Below are positions 59,381-64,000 of a stretch of DNA of 64,000 bases, in pieces; positions within the stretch are counted from its first letter, which is position 1; each line of letters starts with the position of its first letter. Both the position numbers and the translations under genes were made by a program. The notes under the pieces are model-generated. The model did no database searches and had not been told where the DNA came from. It saw only the letters and a program-made list of their open reading frames with translations. Source of the stretch: Oligoflexia bacterium (GTDB lineage: Bacteria; Bdellovibrionota; UBA1018); NCBI GenBank assembly GCA_963758495.1, contig CAVWVI010000004.1:352001-416000 (forward strand), given 5' to 3'.

Positions 59381-60705
59381 CCGCTCCCATACAACTTTCG
59401 ACAGAAGAAATTTTAAATATTAGAAAGCAGAACATGCTGCCTTCTGCAATTCATACATTTAGAAAACCTCTTCATGTAAAAAAGGCCTCCATGCAATGGG
59501 TATGGGACATCGAAGGAAAGCAATACCTCGATGCTTTTGGAGGGATTGTCACCATTAGTGCGGGGCACAACCACCCACGAATTAAAAACCGACTCAAGGC
59601 CTGGATGGAGGAAGACGCTCCTCAACACACCACCATACTTTATCTTTCGGAACCCGTAGCAGAACTTGCGAGTCGACTCACCGGCATTTCTCCAGAAGGA
59701 TTAAAACGAACATTTTTTACTAATAGTGGAAGTGAAGCCAACGAATTAGCCATTCTTTTAGCTCGGCAATATACAAAACGATATGAGATCATTGCGCTGA
59801 AGCACGGATATCATGGAGGCACGACCGGAACCCTTTCCCTCGTCGGTCAGCACACTTGGAAGTGGGGTGGCCCAGGACTACCTGGAGTTACACACGCCGC
59901 TCAACCGAATTGTTACCGATGCCCTTGGGGTGCGAAACCCAACACCTGTGGTCTTGAGTGTGCAAATGATGTCGAAGAAACGATTAAAACAACTACCTCT
60001 GGAGCAATTGCGGGGATCATGATTGAACCCATTCAAGGAGTGGGTGGTTTCATCGTTCCTCCTAAAGAATATTTCCCACGAGTCCATGAGATCGTCAAAA
60101 AATATGGCGGAATTTATATATCCGATGAAGTTCAAACTGGAGTAGGGCGAACCGGAAATCATTGGTTTGGAGTGCTTCATAATGGAGTTACTCCTGATCT
60201 TATGACAATGGCAAAAGGTCTGGGTAACGGTGCTTCCATTGGGGCAATTGTGACTCGGGATGAAATTGCTGAGTCCATGCGTGGAAAAACCCATTTTAAT
60301 ACATTTGCGGGTAATCCTTGGGCGACCATTCAGGCTGCTGAAACTCTTGCTATCTTAGAGGAAGAGGATGTCCGATCCAAAGCCACTCTGCTGGGCGATA
60401 AAATCATGACAGATCTCAAAGAGCTTCAGAAGAAGTCGAAAATTATTGGAGACGTTCGTGGTCGCGGACTTCTGATTGGAATCGAACTGGTCAAAGATCT
60501 AAAAACGAAAGCTTACGGCACAGAGGAAACCTTAGAAGTGCTTGAGCAAGCTCGTGAACGAGGACTTCTCATTGGTAAGGGTGGGCTCTATGGTAATGTC
60601 GTACGACTGACACCCCCCATGTGCATCACTGAAGATGACGCGATTCAAATCGTTCGAATACTGGGTGAGTCTATTCAAGCCGCAGAGAAAATCATGGGAT
60701 ATTAA
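59377..60705 (+). CDS. Class III aminotransferase (beta-alanine:pyruvate / AGXT2-like)
   Basis: YLDAFGGIVT, NSGSEAN, EPIQGVGG, DEVQTG, MAKGLGNG, NTFAGNP. Confidence 0.9.
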   Translation: MTAPIQLSTEEILNIRKQNMLPSAIHTFRKPLHVKKASMQWVWDIEGKQYLDAFGGIVTISAGHNHPRIKNRLKAWMEEDAPQHTTILYLSEPVAELASRLTGISPEGLKRTFFTNSGSEANELAILLARQYTKRYEIIALKHGYHGGTTGTLSLVGQHTWKWGGPGLPGVTHAAQPNCYRCPWGAKPNTCGLECANDVEETIKTTTSGAIAGIMIEPIQGVGGFIVPPKEYFPRVHEIVKKYGGIYISDEVQTGVGRTGNHWFGVLHNGVTPDLMTMAKGLGNGASIGAIVTRDEIAESMRGKTHFNTFAGNPWATIQAAETLAILEEEDVRSKATLLGDKIMTDLKELQKKSKIIGDVRGRGLLIGIELVKDLKTKAYGTEETLEVLEQARERGLLIGKGGLYGNVVRLTPPMCITEDDAIQIVRILGESIQAAEKIMGY

Positions 60706-60708
60706 AAT

Positions 60709-62133
60709 ATGATTCAAAATCCTCGGTTAAAATGCATTCGTGGGGGAAGAATTGTTACTGCAACTGAGGATTTCATTGGGGATCTACTCATTGGAGACGG
60801 TCAAATCCTCGCTCTGGGAAAAAATCTCGAACTATCGGGCATGGCATCAGCAGAAGAAATCGATGCTCGAGGTCTCTATGTTTTTCCTGGAGCCGTGGAC
60901 GTACACACTCACTTAGACCTTCCTTTTATGGGTACCTCAAGCTCCGATGATTTTGAGTCAGGCACTCAAGCAGCCCTGTATGGCGGTACTACATCCATTA
61001 TTGATTTTGCTATTCAAGAGCCAGGACACTCTCTAGGAGAAGCCTTAAAGCTATGGCATGAAAAAGCCCATGGCAAAGCCGTCATTGATTATGCATTTCA
61101 TATGGGAGTCACCGATTTGAATGAAAAAACTCAATCGGAAATCCCTCAAATCATTGAAGATGGAATCACGTCATTTAAATGTTTTATGGCCTATAAAGGC
61201 TCTCTCATGGTTGATGACGGCCAAATCTTTCGCCTAATGAAACAAGTGAAACAACTGGGAGGCATTGTTTCAGCCCATTGTGAAAATGCAGAATTGATCG
61301 AGACGCTCTCCAACTCTTTTCTTGCAGCAGGAAAAACATCTCCCCTTTATCATGAACTCTCTCACACTGATATCGGAGAAGGAGAAGCCACTCATCGATT
61401 CATTGCCTTGTCTCGACTCGCTGGACATCCAGCTTATATTGTCCATCTGACTTGTGACGAAGCTCTTCGACACGTCAAAGAAAGCGTGGCTCACTATCGC
61501 CACCCTGTATTTGCTGAAACATGTCCTCAATATCTCCTCCTCGATCGCAGTGTTTATGAGAAGCCAGGTTTTGAGGGTGCTAAATGGGTCATGTCTCCAC
61601 CGATTAGAACTGTGGCCGATCAGGAAGCACTTTGGGCAGGGCTTCGAGATGGATTTATACAAACACTTGCTACGGATCATTGCCCTTTTCAATTCAAAGG
61701 CCAAAAAGATCTTGGAAAAGACCGTTTCACCCAGATCCCCAATGGGGCACCTGGAATTGAAAATCGAATGAATCTCCTCTTCACTTATGGTGTTCTAAAG
61801 AATCGGATTTCGCTCAATCGTTTTGTTCAAATCCTTTGTGCAAATCCCGCAAAAATATTTGGAATGTATCCGCGGAAGGGCACTCTTTCTCCCGGATCTG
61901 ATGCAGATATCGTGCTCTTCGATCCGACACGGGAAAATGTGATTTCAGTAAAAAATTCTAAGCAACGCTGCGATTACTCTGCCTTTGAAGGTTTTAAAAC
62001 CATAGGAGAACCTGTCAGTGTTTTATGCAACGGTGAGTGGATGTTGAAAAATGGTAGCCTGAACGGCACACAAAGAAAGGGACGTTTTATCAAACGTGCT
62101 CGTTTTAACTCTGAGCTTTCTAATATTCGCTAA
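60709..62133 (+). CDS. hydA: Dihydropyrimidinase
   Basis: DVHTH, GITSFKCFMAY, HCEN, YIVH, ETCPQYL, MSPP, TDHCPF, IPNG. Confidence 0.95.
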   Translation: MIQNPRLKCIRGGRIVTATEDFIGDLLIGDGQILALGKNLELSGMASAEEIDARGLYVFPGAVDVHTHLDLPFMGTSSSDDFESGTQAALYGGTTSIIDFAIQEPGHSLGEALKLWHEKAHGKAVIDYAFHMGVTDLNEKTQSEIPQIIEDGITSFKCFMAYKGSLMVDDGQIFRLMKQVKQLGGIVSAHCENAELIETLSNSFLAAGKTSPLYHELSHTDIGEGEATHRFIALSRLAGHPAYIVHLTCDEALRHVKESVAHYRHPVFAETCPQYLLLDRSVYEKPGFEGAKWVMSPPIRTVADQEALWAGLRDGFIQTLATDHCPFQFKGQKDLGKDRFTQIPNGAPGIENRMNLLFTYGVLKNRISLNRFVQILCANPAKIFGMYPRKGTLSPGSDADIVLFDPTRENVISVKNSKQRCDYSAFEGFKTIGEPVSVLCNGEWMLKNGSLNGTQRKGRFIKRARFNSELSNIR

Positions 62134-62222
62134 TATTCGGAATAACGAGGGTAAGTCATAACCCCCAATCCTAGTCGTCGTTTTAACTGTCAATCAACCG
62201 GGCTGATCTTGGCAATCAATAC

Positions 62223-62246
62223 GTAAGCACTAAAGGAACTCCTTAC
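62223..62246 (+). repeat. REP-like GTAAG family element, short form
   Basis: GTAAGCACTAAAGGAACTCCTTAC. Confidence 0.8.
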
Positions 62247-62314
62247 ATATACAGCTGTTCACTTTATGTATAATTATAGATAAAAGAGGTATAATTATAA
62301 AGGAGGCGTATCTG

Positions 62315-63439
62315 ATGACTTATCGAAATAGGACCCTTACATTTTGGGTAGTAGGGGTTTATTTTAGCTTGATAGGCCCGAATGCAGATGCAGGCCTTTG
62401 CCTCCAACCGCCATTAGTAGTTCGTCGGGTGATCCCTTTAAAAATAACTCCGTCCACTCAAACCACTCTTTCTTGTAATGGCTCACCGATTCTGTGTGAT
62501 CGCCATTATAATGAAATTACTTATGTCACCTCTCATAATGGTTCAGCTAATCAGCCCAGTACTGCACTTTCTCTTTTTAATTTAGGAAATTGCTATAGCA
62601 GCAATATTAACGATCAAGCTATTTCATTGAAAGCTCAGTTCAATTTAGGGGTCCGTGCGACAAAAACTCCGGTACTTTTCAATCAAAATCAAGTCTATTC
62701 CTGTCATGGTTTGAGACCAGAAGACAGGGATGTGGTCAAGAGCAAAGTGTGTGGCAGTCTTATGAATTACCTGCAAACTGCATGTACGGCGATTTTAAAT
62801 TTTGTCGACCCTTGTACATTGGATAACAATAAAAAGGTGCTCTCTAACCTATTGAATGATTTTAATGACTTTCTTCAAAAAAATCCAAATGAAGTTTTAA
62901 CGCTTTTTGTGACCGATCAAACAGGTGGTCATTTCGATATGATTCAAAACACCTTTCAGACGAGCAGTGTAAATCAGTATCTCTATGTTCAGAGTTCCCC
63001 AGATCAAACTTGGCCAACGCTGAGAGAGATGATTACCAACAACAAACGTTTGGTCGTATTTATGGATACCCCTACTCAACTCAATGAAAACCAACAAACT
63101 GAATTTAATCATTATTTCAACCCACAAAGATCGTTTGTTTGGTCCTCTCCATTTAAATATCATACGGACGAGCATTTAAGAAATGAAGATCCGAGAAAGT
63201 TAAATCCAAATGTGCCTTATAATCATCTGTGGACATTGCAGCATTTTGTGACACCTTCGCTTGCTGGAAATCCTTATTATGCAGCGCGTGTAAATGAATA
63301 TGAATTTTTGAAGGATAGAGTAAACAAATACTTCAATGTGATCCGAAAAAATCCAAATTTTATTTGGGTTGATTTTACTGATTTATCGGAGTCTGGAAAA
63401 GACATCTTCATACTTGTGAATGAATTAAATGGTCTCTAA
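62315..63439 (+). CDS. Secreted PI-PLC-like phosphodiesterase (PLC-X domain)
   Basis: Signal peptide; CNG...LCDRHYNEITYVTSHN, Q...QFNLGVR, CHG, NPNEVLTLF, WPTLREMI...RLVVF, PNFIWVDF. Confidence 0.8.
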   Translation: MTYRNRTLTFWVVGVYFSLIGPNADAGLCLQPPLVVRRVIPLKITPSTQTTLSCNGSPILCDRHYNEITYVTSHNGSANQPSTALSLFNLGNCYSSNINDQAISLKAQFNLGVRATKTPVLFNQNQVYSCHGLRPEDRDVVKSKVCGSLMNYLQTACTAILNFVDPCTLDNNKKVLSNLLNDFNDFLQKNPNEVLTLFVTDQTGGHFDMIQNTFQTSSVNQYLYVQSSPDQTWPTLREMITNNKRLVVFMDTPTQLNENQQTEFNHYFNPQRSFVWSSPFKYHTDEHLRNEDPRKLNPNVPYNHLWTLQHFVTPSLAGNPYYAARVNEYEFLKDRVNKYFNVIRKNPNFIWVDFTDLSESGKDIFILVNELNGL

Positions 63440-63531
63440 TATCGGATGCCGTCGAATCTACTGAGATTCAAATAGCAACAGTTAGACATAATCGAGTTCT
63501 TCTGCTATCGATGATCTTAATGAAAGATCAT

Positions 63532-64000
63532 ATGATAAAAATTTACTATTCACCTCGTACTCGTGCTGTTCGTCCTAGATGGATTCTTGAAGAAATGGGT
63601 ATTCCTTATGAGCTGATTCGAGTGAATCTGGCTGAGTTGCCCCATTCCAATCCTGAGTATTTTAAAATTCATCCCCATGGGGCTGTGCCCGCTTTGGTTG
63701 ATGGGGATCTTACTTTAATCGAATCGGGTGCGATATGTGCTTATTTAGTCGAAAAGTATCCAGAGAAGAATCTTGCGCCAGTTTTAAACTCTAATCAAAG
63801 GCCTCTTTATTTACAGTGGATGTTTTATTGTCCTGGAACCTTTGAAGGCCCTTTTACACAGCTTTTCTCGCAAACTCGAGGCCTTCCTGAGGCTGAGCGC
63901 TCTCCGATTCTCGCAAAAAAAGCTCGTGACGATTTTGATGAAATTTTGAATTTCATTGAAAAGTCGCTCGAAGGAAAAGAGTTTCTTTTAGGAAGTGATT
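63532..64000 (+). CDS. Glutathione S-transferase (runs off window end)
   Basis: Not in ORF track. MIKIYYSPRTRAVRPRWILEEMGIPYEL...HPHGAVPALVDGDLTLIESGAI. Confidence 0.92.
   Translation, partial: MIKIYYSPRTRAVRPRWILEEMGIPYELIRVNLAELPHSNPEYFKIHPHGAVPALVDGDLTLIESGAICAYLVEKYPEKNLAPVLNSNQRPLYLQWMFYCPGTFEGPFTQLFSQTRGLPEAERSPILAKKARDDFDEILNFIEKSLEGKEFLLGSD

Noticed and set aside
687..63175. Numerous short ORFs in the track overlapping larger genes (e.g. 687-998, 9645-10034, 36570-37067, 56102-56326, 61270-61704)
   Set aside because: Antisense or alternate-frame shadows of well-supported genes, with no motifs or RBS.
1..64000. tRNA, rRNA, tmRNA, RNase P, transposase, integrase or prophage genes
   Set aside because: No matching signatures seen by eye in intergenic regions or ORFs.

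Overview
Chromosomal window (about 40% GC by eye) from a bacterium whose gene content and order look like Bdellovibrionota/Oligoflexia or a related deltaproteobacterium (inferred, not searched). Main content: a partial carD; a two-component block with a truncated kinase; an acyl-CoA dehydrogenase; a complete type II secretion operon gspC-N behind a consensus sigma-54 promoter with tandem upstream palindromes; and housekeeping genes (gshB-like, MFS, asparaginase, PPTase, dut, hisS, aroB/aroQ). Further on are an AAA/DUF4143 ATPase with a double palindromic operator, a split PuuD-like/cytochrome c pair, and an mlaED + MMPL + inositol-lipid biosynthesis cluster. Two convergent C-type-lectin-fold genes follow, one ending in a DGR variable-repeat-like segment, then several secreted orphans and a reductive pyrimidine catabolism operon lacking its first enzyme. 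The most notable non-coding signals are (i) a dispersed intergenic repeat family GTAAG...CTTAC with at least 8 full or partial copies, including a REPIN-like doublet, (ii) a 6S-RNA-like rod-shaped ncRNA at about 56757-56910 (-), and (iii) a reading-frame break at a CGA-AAG hexamer that would fuse two ORFs downstream of mlaD. I saw no rRNA, tRNA, CRISPR array, transposase, integrase or reverse transcriptase. All family calls come from motif recognition by eye; no database searches were run.
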